Made by a program: the position numbers and the translations under genes. Positions 14,671-27,175 of a stretch of 64,000 nt of DNA are shown here, in pieces. Each line of letters starts with the position of its first letter. Within the stretch, counting starts at the first letter, position 1. Origin of the DNA: Rhizophagus irregularis (lineage: Eukaryota); the NCBI RefSeq assembly GCF_026210795.1, contig NC_089435.1:1054001-1118000 (forward strand), read 5' to 3'. Under the pieces are notes generated by a model that ran no database searches, was not told the origin of the DNA, and saw only the letters and a program-made list of their open reading frames with translations.

Positions 14671-14728
14671 CATTGTCATTGTCATTGACATTGACATTGT
14701 CACTGACATTGACATTGTCATTGTCATT
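14671..14728. repeat. Hexamer microsatellite (cattgt/cattga)
   Basis: Direct reading: cattgtcattgtcattgacattgacattgtcactgacattgacattgtcattgtcatt. Confidence 0.85.
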
Positions 14729-14977
14729 TACATAAAGTTATATAAGATTAATTTGAGAGTTTTTTACCAAAAAGGAAATTTTTTTATAAAAAGAGAAATG
14801 ATTTTCAATTTCGAGGCAATTCAGCAGGTGTTTTAATAACAAATTGAGAAATGATTTCCATAGAAAATCTCGTGACAAAATTTATAATAAATTTAAAAAT
14901 AAATGATCAACAAATGATCAACAAAATTGTTACTAGTTTTATAAAAAACGCCCAATAATATCTTTTTATTGTTTTAA

Positions 14978-17029
14978 TCTATAAAAAATGATGAGTATCA
15001 ATAAATCATAATGTATTTTAAATTAATTTATAATAAATTGTTTACATACCTCATCTAGTAATTCATTTGTAATATTTTGTGTAATAATTAAATATTTTAA
15101 AATAATTACCTTATTCTCTAAATTTCTTGTATATGCTTTTTCATTCCAACATAATGGACCATCCTTCCATTTTGCTAAATATGTTGTATTACTTAATTTT
15201 TCAATATCAACAATTTGATAATATGGTATCCATTCAAATATTATATCATTATAATCATTAATTTTTAACTGTACTTCTTGAATTATATTATTAATTTGTT
15301 TATTTTCACTAGCCCAATTTGTGAAATTTTCTTTTAACCAATTTATTTGGCATGGTTTACACCATTTACGCTTTGCATTTGTATAAAACTTTTCACATTT
15401 TACACAACAATTTTCCAAATACTGATCTCCACTAAATATTATAATGTAATATTTTGTATCAGGGTCTTGAGATATACCATATACTTCAACTTTATTATAA
15501 TATGCTATAATCTATTGAAATGATAAATATCAATATACTATAATGTACTTTAGTAAGTTTATAGAAAATTTACATACCTTATCCAGTAATTTATAAGTAA
15601 TATTTCGTGGATTAACTAAATATTTTAAAATAACTGAATCTCCTATATTATGATAGCCACTTGATAAATCATCTTTCCACCTTGCTGAATATGTTACATT
15701 ACATAGTAGCTCTTTACTAATATTATAAAACTGATAGTATGGTATCCATTTAGCAAATAATGTATCATTAATTTTTAATTGCATTTCTTGAATTAAATTA
15801 TCGATTTGTTTATTTTCACTTGTCCAGTTTGTGAAATTTTCCTTTAACCAACTTATTTGGCAATGCTTACACCACTTACACCACTTACACCATATTTTAT
15901 GTGTATCTATATTATACTTCCCACATTTTATACAGCAATTTTTCAAATACTGATCTTTATTAAATATTATAATGTAATATTTTGTATCAGGATCTTGAGA
16001 AATACCATATACTTTAACTTTATTGTAATTTATTTCAATCTATTGAAATGATGTGTATCAATATATAATTATGTACTTTAAATTAAAATTCATAGAAAAT
16101 TCAACTTACCTCATCTAAAAATTCATAAGTAATATTTTGTGGATTAACTAAATATTTTAAAATAACTGCATTTCCTGAATTTCCTACATCATAATAGTTA
16201 TATGATAAATCATCAACTTTACTACATCTTGCTGAATATATATGTTGCATTGCATAACTCTTTACTAATATTATAAAACTTATAATATGGTATCCATTGA
16301 GCAAATAATGTGTTGCTAATTTTTATTTGCATTTCTTGAGTTAAATTATCAGTTTGCTTATTTTCACTAGTCCAGTTTGTGAAATTTTCTTTTAACCAAT
16401 TTATTTGGCAATGCTTACACCACCTATACCACTTATCATACCATATGTTATGTGTATGATCTATATTATACTTCTCACATTTTATACAGCAATTTCTCAA
16501 ATACTGACTTTTATTAAATATTTAATATTATAATATAATATTTTGTATCAGGATCCTGAGATATACCATATACTTCAACTTTATTATAATTTGCTATAAT
16601 CTATTGAAAATGATGAGTATTAATATATTATAATGTACTTTAAATAAGTTTATAGAAAATTTACATACCTCATTTAGAAATTTATAAGTAATATTTTGTG
16701 AACCAACTAAATGTTTTAAAATAACTTTTATATTTTTAAACTCTTGTATACTTTTTATTATAATTGCTATATGATAATAGACCATCCTTCCATTTTGCTA
16801 AATGTGTCTCATTGATTAATTCTTTAATATCATCAAACTGATAATATGGTATCCATTCAAATATTGTATCATTATATTCATCAATGTTTAATTGCATTTC
16901 CTGAATTAATTTATCAATTTGGCTGGTCCAATTTGCAAAGTTTCCTTTTAAATGTTTTATTTGACATGGTTTACACCATTTATACTCTGCATTAGAACAC
17001 TCTACGCATCCCTTTAACGAATTCCTCAT
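14978..17029 (-). pseudogene. 5' half of the modular kinase: modules 1-4 (17029-16669, 16600-16110, 16039-15578, 15511-15050)
   Basis: Same CxxC-WCKxCQ-NFTNWTS-WIPYYQ-ILKYL modules and intron position. Module 1 has a frameshift (YTRV* at 16736) and module 2 has frameshifts near 16520 and 16240. Modules 3 and 4 are open (462 nt each). Confidence 0.8.
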
Positions 17030-17322
17030 TTCTACATAAATTCTATGTAGAAGGATTTCAAAATATTTTTATTCATAATCTTATTTACACACAGTACTTT
17101 ATATAAAACTTCGATGTATCACAACATATTTCATTTTGATGAAGTTAAGTGTATCACAGTACTCGCTCATTTTACACACGTGATAATATAATAAATGATC
17201 AACAATACATAAAAGGTTAGGCACTGTTACACTGTAGAACATTTGCCCGTCATAAAGACGTTTGCTACTGTTACGCAGTAAAATGTTGCGCAGCAATCAT
17301 GTGATATAACTGGACCCGTGAT

Positions 17323-19031
17323 TAGGGATTGGAATCGATTCCCATTATTGGAATCGATTTTAAAATCGATTAATCGCGATTAATCGTTTTGCAAATATCG
17401 ATTTTAAGATTCGATTTTCGATTTTTGATAATCGAAACTAATCGAATTTATATTTCACAAAAAATACAAATTACGGTGCAAATTTATAATTATACTTAAA
17501 AGATTATTTATAATAATAGAATTTTTATATTTTAATGAATTTATTCAATTAAAAGTAATATAATTTGAGAATGTCAAATTCACCGATCACACCCACGTTT
17601 TTGATTGGTTACGCGATTACATCATCATCAATAAATGTTTATTTGTTTATTATTTCTAGTACTTTCCCAACTTTAAACCCTTCGCTCAGCTGGTATGTTT
17701 TTCTTTTTTTTCTTTTATTGTTTTTATATTTTATTTCTTGCTAACTTTATTTTATTCTCTTTAAGTTCTTACTCCTTTCAGTCTTTTGCTCTTTGCAATT
17801 AAGGTGTGTTTAGTATTACATAGTCACGATTTTTTGAAGTTTTTGTTTTTTTTTTATTTTGTCTCTTACACTTCGTTTCTTATATTTTGTTCCTTACATT
17901 TCCTTTCTAACTTTATTTTGTTTTCTTTTAGGTCCTTAGTTCTTCTCGGTGTGTTCTTTCTTTTATTTTTTTTTATTATTTTTTTTATTTTGTCTATCAT
18001 ATTTCATTTTTTTTATGGTTTTTATTTGGTCGGTTGGTTTCCTTCATTTTTTTATTCCCTACTATTTTTTTATCTTTTGTTTCCATTGTTACTTTTATTT
18101 CCTTAATTTTTCATTTCTTTTTCACTCCACTTCATTTTTTTTCGTTCCTTTTCGCTCGTCCCTCGTTTCTTTCACTCCTTTTCACTCCCCGTGTTTTATA
18201 TCGCGTATGCAAATGATTAGAAATTGACAGAGAAGTTGGCAAATTTTTTTCTGTCTTTAAGTGGGCTGAAAATATGTTATAAAGGCCTTCATTTTCTTTT
18301 GTTCCTTTCATTTTTTTCATTCCTTTTCACTCCTTCATTTTTTTCGTTCCTTTTTATCCCCTTCGTTTTTTTCATCCCTTTTTCACCTCTCTTTTGCTTC
18401 TTTCATTTTTTTTACTCCACCTTTGTTTCTTTCATTACTTTTTATTCCTCTTCATTTATTTTGTTCTTCCCTTCACTTCTTTTGTTGATCTTCATTCATT
18501 ATTTTTTTCATTATATTTTGTTTCTTACTCTTCTTTTTGTTATTGCACATTCTCTTCATTTTATTTTCATTATTTCTGTTATTTCCATAAATAAATAAAT
18601 AAATAAAAATTGTTAATATTTATATTTTTAATCAATAAAACGTATCTTTAATTAATAAATTATTATTATTATCATTATAAACGTGTAAGTATTTAGTTTA
18701 GAAGCTATAGAAATTTTTCGACGTTTTAAAGCACCTGCAAATAAAAATTTCATTACATTTTAAAAGTTACTTTAAAAAAAATTTTTGATATTTTGATTAC
18801 AAATGATGTAATACATATTATTCTAACAAAGAGTTCGTCTGCTTCATCACGTAATGACGTAATACTTCCTTGTTTAATACTGCAAAATGCTAACTTGTGT
18901 TATTAATAAACATTTATTAACGATACTGCGCCACAATAAATAGATTCGATTTTTATTCGATAATCGATTTAAAATCGATTCTTGTCAATTTTCGATAGAT
19001 ACGATTTTAATCGAATCTTTTCCAATCCCTA
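17323..19031. mobile_element. Non-autonomous hAT-type DNA transposon
   Basis: TIR TAGGGATTGGAA...TTCCAATCCCTA, perfect 8-bp TSD CCCGTGAT (17315-17322 and 19032-19039), and many subterminal ATCGATT motifs at both ends. The interior is pyrimidine-rich with no transposase. Confidence 0.92.
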
Positions 19032-19049
19032 CCCGTGATGCCGATCAAT

Positions 19050-19250
19050 GTAGCAAATGTCGAATATGTTTGACATGTTCGATATGTTGCATATGTCCGA
19101 TATGTAGAATATATAGAATATATGGAACATGTAGCATATATGAGATATATAGAACATGTAGCATATATGGGATATATAGAACATGTAGTATATATGGAAT
19201 ATATAGAACATATAGCATATATAGGATATATAGCATATGTAGCATATGTT
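19050..19250. repeat. Minisatellite of 9-bp subunits with a 27-bp higher-order unit
   Basis: Repeats of atatatagaacatgtagcatatatgg and variants. Confidence 0.85.
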
Positions 19251-20555
19251 AAACATTTTTAGTTTGGAAATTTATGTATATATAGACCTGTAATTAGACC
19301 TAAATTCAATATAGAACGTGTGTGAAGAATTTAATTAATAAAATGTTTACCCTTTAATATACACCTTAATTTTAAGTTTGGTTTTATATGGTTAATCTGC
19401 TTTCCTTTATTTGTGTCTGATTGTATGCGCCAGTGTGAAGTGATACTCTATTCACATCTGATTGGATTGATTTTAACATATACGTTGATCATTAAAATTA
19501 CCTTCTGCTTTATTAAATATAAACATTTTTTAATGTATAGCTTATTTTTAAGCTTATAAGAACTGACTTCTAACACTACCATAAGCTATAAAAATAAGTT
19601 TTATTATATTTGATAAAAATTATAACAATTCCCGAGTTTCAAAATAAAAATGATAATAATAAAATGAAAAATTTAAGAAAGATAAATTCTAAAAATTAAT
19701 TTCAAGAAATTTCTAAATCTCATGTGTAAACATTAAAGAACCAATTAAAATATTATAATCTCCTTTTTAAGATTTCATATAAATTATTCGTTCATATTCT
19801 ACTCCTCTTCGTCACGATTATGTAGATCATTTCAAGGATATCACGTCATCAATTACCCGATCCCCATATAAAATAATTAACCAATGAAGATATTCGAACT
19901 ATAAAATAGCCAATAAACTAAAATAAAATAAAGTATCCAATAAAAAGAAGTGATAGTTTAACGTCATTCCGGACTGCATTAAATAAAAATACAGGAAATT
20001 TTATACACTTTAATTAAATATAATACTGCGCCCAAAACGTTCTTCCGTCGATCATTTGTCCAAAAATTTTAGAAAGAAAAATGAAGGAGTTATGGAAGTG
20101 TCACGATGGAGCATCCAACTTGTTCGTATATATACACCTGTGAAAGAAGTACGAATATAAAGTAGAAACTTGAGTTTTTTTAACAAAAATACTGAGTCAA
20201 TAACAACAAGTATAAACCTAAAAAGCTGGCGTGGGCTAAGGTTGATCATGTTACAGTCTGATTTAGTTTGGAAAATCTTATAACCAGGTTTTTAACATTT
20301 TTATTTACGGCTCTTATTGTCATTCACAAAATTTTCTTTGACTTTCGATGATGCTCTAACCTTTTATATACAGTATTTCGGGTCTCCCTACTCGAAAAAA
20401 TAACATTTATTTATTGACTGAAATTTTGTCAAAAATTTCGATATCTATTTTCATTCAAAACATCTAAAATTTAGTCATAATTATTCAATTAATTATTCAC
20501 AATAATTTTAAAATTTAAACGTTTTTTCCTATTGATCATTTGCTTCGATAAAATT

Positions 20556-22077
20556 CCCTATAAAAAAATTGTATACGTTTTTTATAAAGTTTTTATACGA
20601 TTTTTTTTCCTTAGAAATAACGTATCATAATAGGATACGGAAAAATGCACAATTCCGTATCACCAAAAATATGGTTTGGATACGGAATTTGCACGGGATT
20701 TATATGGAATTTACATGATTTGATCACTGATTTTATCACGAAATTTATACGATTTGGTCACTGAATTTACTATTTGTATTACAGTTTACTATAATTGTAT
20801 TTACATAAATCTAATTTCACTTTATTAAATTAAATAAAAAATAAAAAATAAACAAAGTACAAATACATTATGAAAATTCCCTCTTTATTAAAACCACCTA
20901 TTGCAACCTAAATTATCAGGTTCATTTGTAGTCAATAACCTAAAAGAACAAAAAAAAAAGATTGGAAACAAAACCCCCCATCTGCAATCGTCCAAGTCAC
21001 CAAAGGTCAGTATTCCTACAAAAAAAGAAAGAGAACTCCAGAATGTCTGACCTACATAAAAGAAAAGAATTATGAGGCGTCTAATGAAAAAGAAACCAAA
21101 ACAACAAAATAAATCCAAAACTGACCTACAAAAAAAGAAGACTCTGAAGCAACAAAACTGAAACAACCTACAAAAAGAAAAGAATCTGAACCCAACTTAC
21201 AAAAAAACAAAAAAAATTTGAACTGACCTAAAAAAAGAAAAAAATCCTGAATCATCCTACAAAAAGAAAAGGACTCCCAAACTGATCTACAAAAAAAAAA
21301 AAAAGAAACTGAATATTCTCACAAAAAAAATCTGCTGGCCTATGAAATTAAATATAAATAAAGAAGAAAGGGGAATAAAGAATAAACCAAAAAAAATATT
21401 TTTTTAAAAAGAGAGATAACGAAGTTAGGAAAGTTAAAAAAAAATTTTTTTTAAAGGGAGGACGTCAAAGTTAGAAAAATAAAAATTTTTTTATAAAGAG
21501 GAAATAGAAATAGAAAGAAGAAATTTTTTTTAAAAAAAAGAAGAGTGGGAATAAAAGAAAAAATTTTTTTTTAAGGGAGTGATGAAAAAAAATTTTTTTT
21601 CAAAGGAGAGTGACGAAAAAAAAATTTTTTAAAGTGAGGTACGAAAAAAAAAATTATTTTTAAAAGGGGTGACGAAGAAAGAAGAAAAATTTAGAAAAAA
21701 TAACAAAAATAAGACAAGAGAAAGAGAAAGGAAAGGAAAGACAGAAAGGAAGATCGGAAGATCAAACTCATCAAAGTAAGGGTTTATATAAAAAAACAAA
21801 AAACGTATCATAACAAAACAATAAACAATCATGTGATCTCGTGTTATGATACGGAATTTTTGTAAAATTATCTTCTAAAAATATTAAGTTTAAAAATTCC
21901 GTATACATTCCGCATGATTAATTTTTTCCGTATACATTTCTTATACATTAGTTTTTTAAAAAAATGTTCAAAAATGAATTACTTATTAAATATACGGAAT
22001 TTGTATACGGAATCTATAGAAACGTACATAAAATGTATACAAAACGTATCCTTTCCGTATACATATTTTTTATAGGG
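20556..22077. mobile_element. Non-autonomous CACTA/EnSpm-type element with CCCTA termini
   Basis: About 22-bp TIR CCCTATAAAAAA..TGTATACG at both ends, 3-bp TSD ATT, and subterminal TATACG/TACGGAA repeats. The interior is purine-rich. Confidence 0.8.
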
Positions 22078-22431
22078 ATTTATGAAGGGAAGATGTTATT
22101 TTTTAGGAGTTTTATGGTTTTGTAGCAACAAACTTGTTCATCTTGAAGTTTGTAAAAAGGGTTTGGAGTTGTTTTTCAATAAAGGTTTTTACAAAAAAGT
22201 CAAAAAAGATGTCTTTCTTCGAAGAACTCTCTTTTCAGCTTCTTTAGTTCCGATTATATGTTTTTATATTATGGTCTTTTATTTTTGGTTCAAAAAATTT
22301 TCCTAAAGTTTGGAGCGGCGCAGTGCAATAAGTTTCGCTATAAATGGAAGGTTACAGCCTTACGGGATAGAAAAGAATGAATTAATTTATTTTGAGGAGT
22401 CAATCATTGCGGAACAAAAAAGATGCCCGGT

Positions 22432-22756
22432 TAGGGATTGGAATCAATTATCGAACCTTTGTAGATTCGATTTTTTGTTCCTTAAAAGATAATCCATTTT
22501 AAGCTTTAATAATTAATTCCATGATCAGTAAATATATAAATTCTGAATTAAAATTGTAAAAACTATTAAAAAATCTATCGTTGTCAATCATTTCATCATT
22601 TTTAAGTTTTTGAAGGCCATTATCGATCAATTTTTCTTTTTTGAAAATATTTTAAATCATGCATTTAATTTTTGGATGCAATATTGAATTAATTTTTTTG
22701 TTTAATTTCAATTTTCTCTTCACAAGTGAGATTCGATTTTGATTCGATTATCCATA
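22432..22756. mobile_element. Short, degraded hAT MITE of the same family as 17323-19031
   Basis: Left end TAGGGATTGGAATC, degenerate right end with TTCGATT repeats, and flanks TGCCCGGT / TGCCCGGC (7/8 TSD match). Confidence 0.75.
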
Positions 22757-23173
22757 TGCCCGGCATGAATTTAAATCAGCGGCTTTTGATTTAACTAGCG
22801 CAGTGATAGTTATTTGACCAGCGAAATAAGAAGATAAAATTACGGACCCTCACATCACAGTCATCACAGATAAAGTCTCCAAGCGGGGAGGGATATGGAT
22901 GCCTAATATTTTGGAATTGTAACTCGGTAGCCACCACATTGCTATAATGAGTTCCTTGTGGAATTGTTCGTAGTTTAGTTAATTTTATTTTTATTGTTTT
23001 GTAATTTGTTAACCATATCGTAGGATAGTTTGATTGGAGTTTTATGGCTCTGATGTCACTCCGCATTACAATGGTCTTTGTTGGAGTATATTAGACGGGG
23101 ACACCTAGGGATGTGGTCAACTCACTTGGTTCAGTTTTATTATGAACCGATACTATTGAAGAGAACTGAATAC

Positions 23174-23432
23174 TTTACAGAAATTTCATTATTTTAAACG
23201 ATATCACTTCAATATCAAAATAGTGATATTATTAACGATATCGTTAAGATTATCTTAACGATCTTGTTTTGATATTTATCATAAGATATCAAAAAAATGT
23301 CGATGCAATATCGTAACGATAAGTGATATCATGATGATATTGTAATGAAATTGTTTATCAGTTTGATATTGTTACAATATCAAAACGGGGTTGTTAAGAT
23401 GATCTTAACGATATTGTTTGGGTTTCAGTAAA
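23174..23432. mobile_element. MITE with short TIR and GATATC/ACGAT-rich interior
   Basis: Ends TTTACAGAAA...TTTCAGTAAA flanked by TAC on both sides. The termini resemble those of 25066-29140 in opposite orientation. Confidence 0.55.
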
Positions 23433-23834
23433 TACTACTATTATGATATTAACTAGTTTCGTTAATTTGTACCTATACTTGTTATTTTTTTTCTTAAATG
23501 TAAAAATTTATGATTCGAGTATAGAATTTGGCTTTAAAAGTTACGTTTATAGCGTTTAGTATCAAATTTTTATCATGTGATGTTTGTTGAATTAAACTAA
23601 TAAAGACACCCATTTTGGAAATTTCGATATAATAATATCTTTTTAATGTTACTTCTTATACCAAATGTAAAAGGACTGATTAAAGACTGAGAAAAGAATA
23701 CTTAAATGGCTTTAAGAAAAAATAGATATTTTTATAAAAATAAATTCAATTTACGAATATCAATACATATTAAATCTTATTTTATTAAAAAAAAAAATTC
23801 TACACAAATCAATCGTAAAATTTAAATTAGAACA

Positions 23835-25065
23835 TTACCAACCATTTAAATGAACTACTATTTCTTCTGCTTCATATTTTTCTAACAAATTTCTTATTCC
23901 TGTATCCATAATATATAATTGTAATATACTAATATTATAGGAATTACACGGTTACACCTTTCCAGTTATTAAGAAATAATTTTAAGGACTCAAATTTAAT
24001 TGGACTATAATTTTTAAAAATAAATTTAAATAAACTATTGGTGATGATTTTGATAATACTTTAAATAAATTATCCCAATCAATTTCATCTTTTAATACAA
24101 ATTGTAATCCATTTAAATTTTGACAATTAATTAATAATTTTTCTTTTCTAAAATATTTGTATCTTCTTCAATCAATAATAATGTTAGATATTTAAAATTT
24201 TGACAATTTTTATAAATAACCCGAATAATCTTTCACTTCTTTCATCCTCATTAACAGAATAAATATAATCAAAAATTTTTATTCAATAAGTAATCCTTTT
24301 GTACTCCCAATTAAATTTATTGTATATTTGTTTGGAATTCTATAAACTTCCAAAAATTGTAAATGAGGCAATTATAAAAACTCTAAATAATTCTATTTAC
24401 TTTGTTGAGTTGAACATTTACCATGCAAATTTAATTCTTTTAAATTTACTAATGATGAGAGAATTTCCGTGGTAAATGGTCTAAATCTTGTGAAATATTG
24501 AATAGAATTTGCATGTTTATTAAAGAGTTTTCAAGAGTGTTACAAAGTGTTACAAAATGGTTCATCTTGTGAGAAACAACATCCATAATCGAATCTGAAA
24601 TGAATATTGTACAATTTTTTTTTGAGTTTCGATTAATCTAGAAATTTCATATTATTTTCAAATTGTTCGAAATAAAGTTTCACCTCTATAATTGATTTAC
24701 AAACTGCCATTAATCCAGTTAATATATTATTATCTATATTATTACAACAATTAAAGAGATTCAAGTTTTTCAAAATAGAATAAGATATATTTGATAACTA
24801 AATTGTTTGGGTATATAAAGATTATTTTTACATTTTTATTAATGAAAAGTTAAATATTTCATATTTTTAAAATAATTAATCTTTCAGATGAATCATCAAT
24901 AATTTTTGTTATCTTCATAATTGAACCTAAATTTAAATATTTACAAAAATTAATATAATTAAATAAAGGTCTTTTATATGATGTATCTATATCTATTTGA
25001 TTATTTTTTAAATAATCATAAATTTCTTTAATTTTTGTTTCATTTTATACATGTGATATAATTAC
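23835..25065 (-). pseudogene. 5'-truncated F-box/LRR-like pseudogene, paralogue of 45977-47323
   Basis: VIISHV*NETKIKEIYDYLKNN...RPLFNYINFCKYLNLGSIMKITK matches VIILHIQDEAKIKEIYNYLENS...RPLLNYISFCKHLNLGSIMNITK. It carries stops and frameshifts and ends ...HLNGW* at 23835. Confidence 0.85.
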
Positions 25066-27004
25066 TTTGCAGAAACCCGTGATTTGCTACCATACAGTTA
25101 AGTGATCGCTATCAAATTATAACGATCTAGTATCGGACACGTGATAATTATAGTGTCAGACTATCTCGTGAAACCGTCGATGACACACTAATACGAAGTC
25201 TTTTTGAAGTTGTAACATAGTCTTAAATAGATAGTAAATATCATCGAAAATTAGCTGAAACAATTAATATAATACATTTTTTCGATGCATTAGACATTTA
25301 TTTAACGGTTTCTTTACTTTTTTGTTTATTAATAAAGTTATGTAATAAATTTCAATAATTTCATTTAATAAAAAGCCGATTATAAACTATCATTTATAAA
25401 TTCTATATAATTATACTATTTTAATATTAATAATCTAAAAAATATACCGTAATAATAGAATAATGCTACAATACAATATAATTAGTACGCCTAACGATCA
25501 TGTATTGTACAAATCATTTTACTATAAATGTTAAATATCTATCTGTTACAAAATTTTTTGTTATACATTTTAAAGTGGTTTGTCAAATTGCTAGTGAGCA
25601 TTTAAATTTAAATAGTAAAATAAATGGTATAATTAAACGTAATTGATATATATATATACTGTAGTTGGAGAATCATAAACTTCGTAGCCACGCTCAATTA
25701 AGGCAATGTATTACTAGACCTACGCTAAAGATGACTTTAGCAAGGCTTTCTTTGTGAATTAAAGAAACTTCATACACTTTGCCAGCTGGTGAGAAAGCTT
25801 ATGACCCCTTAACCTCAAGTCAGTTTATACTAAAAAACCCAGAATGTTTGCATTGCTGATAAAAACTAAGTATAGTTATCAATATAAGATACTTAGTCAT
25901 ATTAGTAAATTCCTTGAATAAAATAAACAAAATAATACTTCTTTCAATTTACCTTGTTAGTATTAAAAGAAAACAAAAAAACTCTCTAAAATCTTGCATA
26001 GAGAAACTAGAAGAAACTATCTAAGAAAAAAAGAACGAAGTTGAGTAATTGTTTATTAATATAAATAAATAAAGGAAAATAATACTTACCAAAATATGAA
26101 AACCAATATGCCCAAAGAGATCCAGAGAGTTGGCTGCAAAAAAAAAATTAGTAAATGTTTCATGAACACCTACTGAATTCCCATACAATCAAATACCTGT
26201 AATCCGTGAAAGGAGAGAAACAAGAAACGTTTTATTAAAAGAATAATTTAAAATAAGACACTAAATATAATGCGAAATTCTACACTTCCTAACCCAAAGA
26301 CCTAAAAACATACCGTCTAAAAAAAAAGAAAGTAATAAATGGTTAGTAAGACTCAAATCTTCGCTTATTTTATCATTTCAGTTCTATATCATCAGCATCT
26401 GTCATTTCTTCATCTTCTTAATAAATATCCATTTTGGTATGACCATTATTTCTAGTGGTAGCCATAACGTCCTCTAGAAATAAAATATTGCTGAATAAAA
26501 TATACATTCAATATATCTTAAAATGGCAAAGCAATAATATTTACCATCTGTTCGGAAGTTCTTTATTTGTTGCTAAAGTACTTGCGGAATAGTTAAATGT
26601 GATTTATTGTTGTCTAATATAGTTACGCTAAACATTATGAGAAGCATATCAACTTCAAAGCATTTTTTTTAAAAATGACAGTGATACTACAATGATGTGT
26701 CGCGTAAAATTTATTGAAAGGTATACAAGAAAAATAATTTAAAAGAATTATTCAAATAAAAGTTAAAAGAAAAAGTTTATTTCATATGGAATATTTAATG
26801 ATTATAAATCACTTAAAATAAATTACTTGAAAATATCATTTTAATTTATTTTATATTTTTATGTTCATACTTCGTTTGTAGTATTTTTTAAATACTAAGG
26901 AAAAATTGAAGTTAAAATATTTTATAATGTAAAAAATAATATACGTATAAAATTTTCGTTCAATATAACAATTGCGACTTATGGAAAAGTCATAAATATA
27001 TATA

Positions 27005-27175
27005 TTAGACTTGTACTCGCATTTCTGTAAAAGTCTAAATTACTACGCTTAATTTTACTGTAAAAGTCTAAACTTAAATTTACTATTATTATATAGTCTA
27101 ATTTGTACTCACATTTCTATAAAAGTCTAAATTACTACGCTTAATGTTTATAAAAGTCTAAATTACTATGCCAAA
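27005..27175. repeat. Short tandem repeats (taaaagtctaaattactacgcttaat and variants)
   Basis: AAAGTCTAAA recurs four times at 30-60 bp spacing, with a further AGTCTAA variant between them. Confidence 0.8.

Larger units (their letters stand above)
11525..14977 (-). mobile_element. 3.45-kb non-coding insertion in kinase module 5; Helitron-like 3' end
   Basis: Removing it restores AG|ATT ATA GAA TAT and a 462-nt exon equal to modules 3 and 4. On the minus strand it lies between A and T and ends in CTAG, with no TIRs. The 5' end is TT rather than TC and no GC hairpin was seen. An alternative reading is a 3-bp TAA duplication. Confidence 0.7.

Noticed and set aside
17786..18598. Several Phe-rich ORFs that look like membrane proteins
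   Set aside because: Products of a T-rich low-complexity tract open in all frames inside a hAT element.
19029..19256. Cys/Tyr/Ile repeat ORFs
   Set aside because: Translation of a 9/27-bp minisatellite.
20888..21832. Phe-rich minus-strand ORFs
   Set aside because: Low-complexity interior of the CCCTA element.
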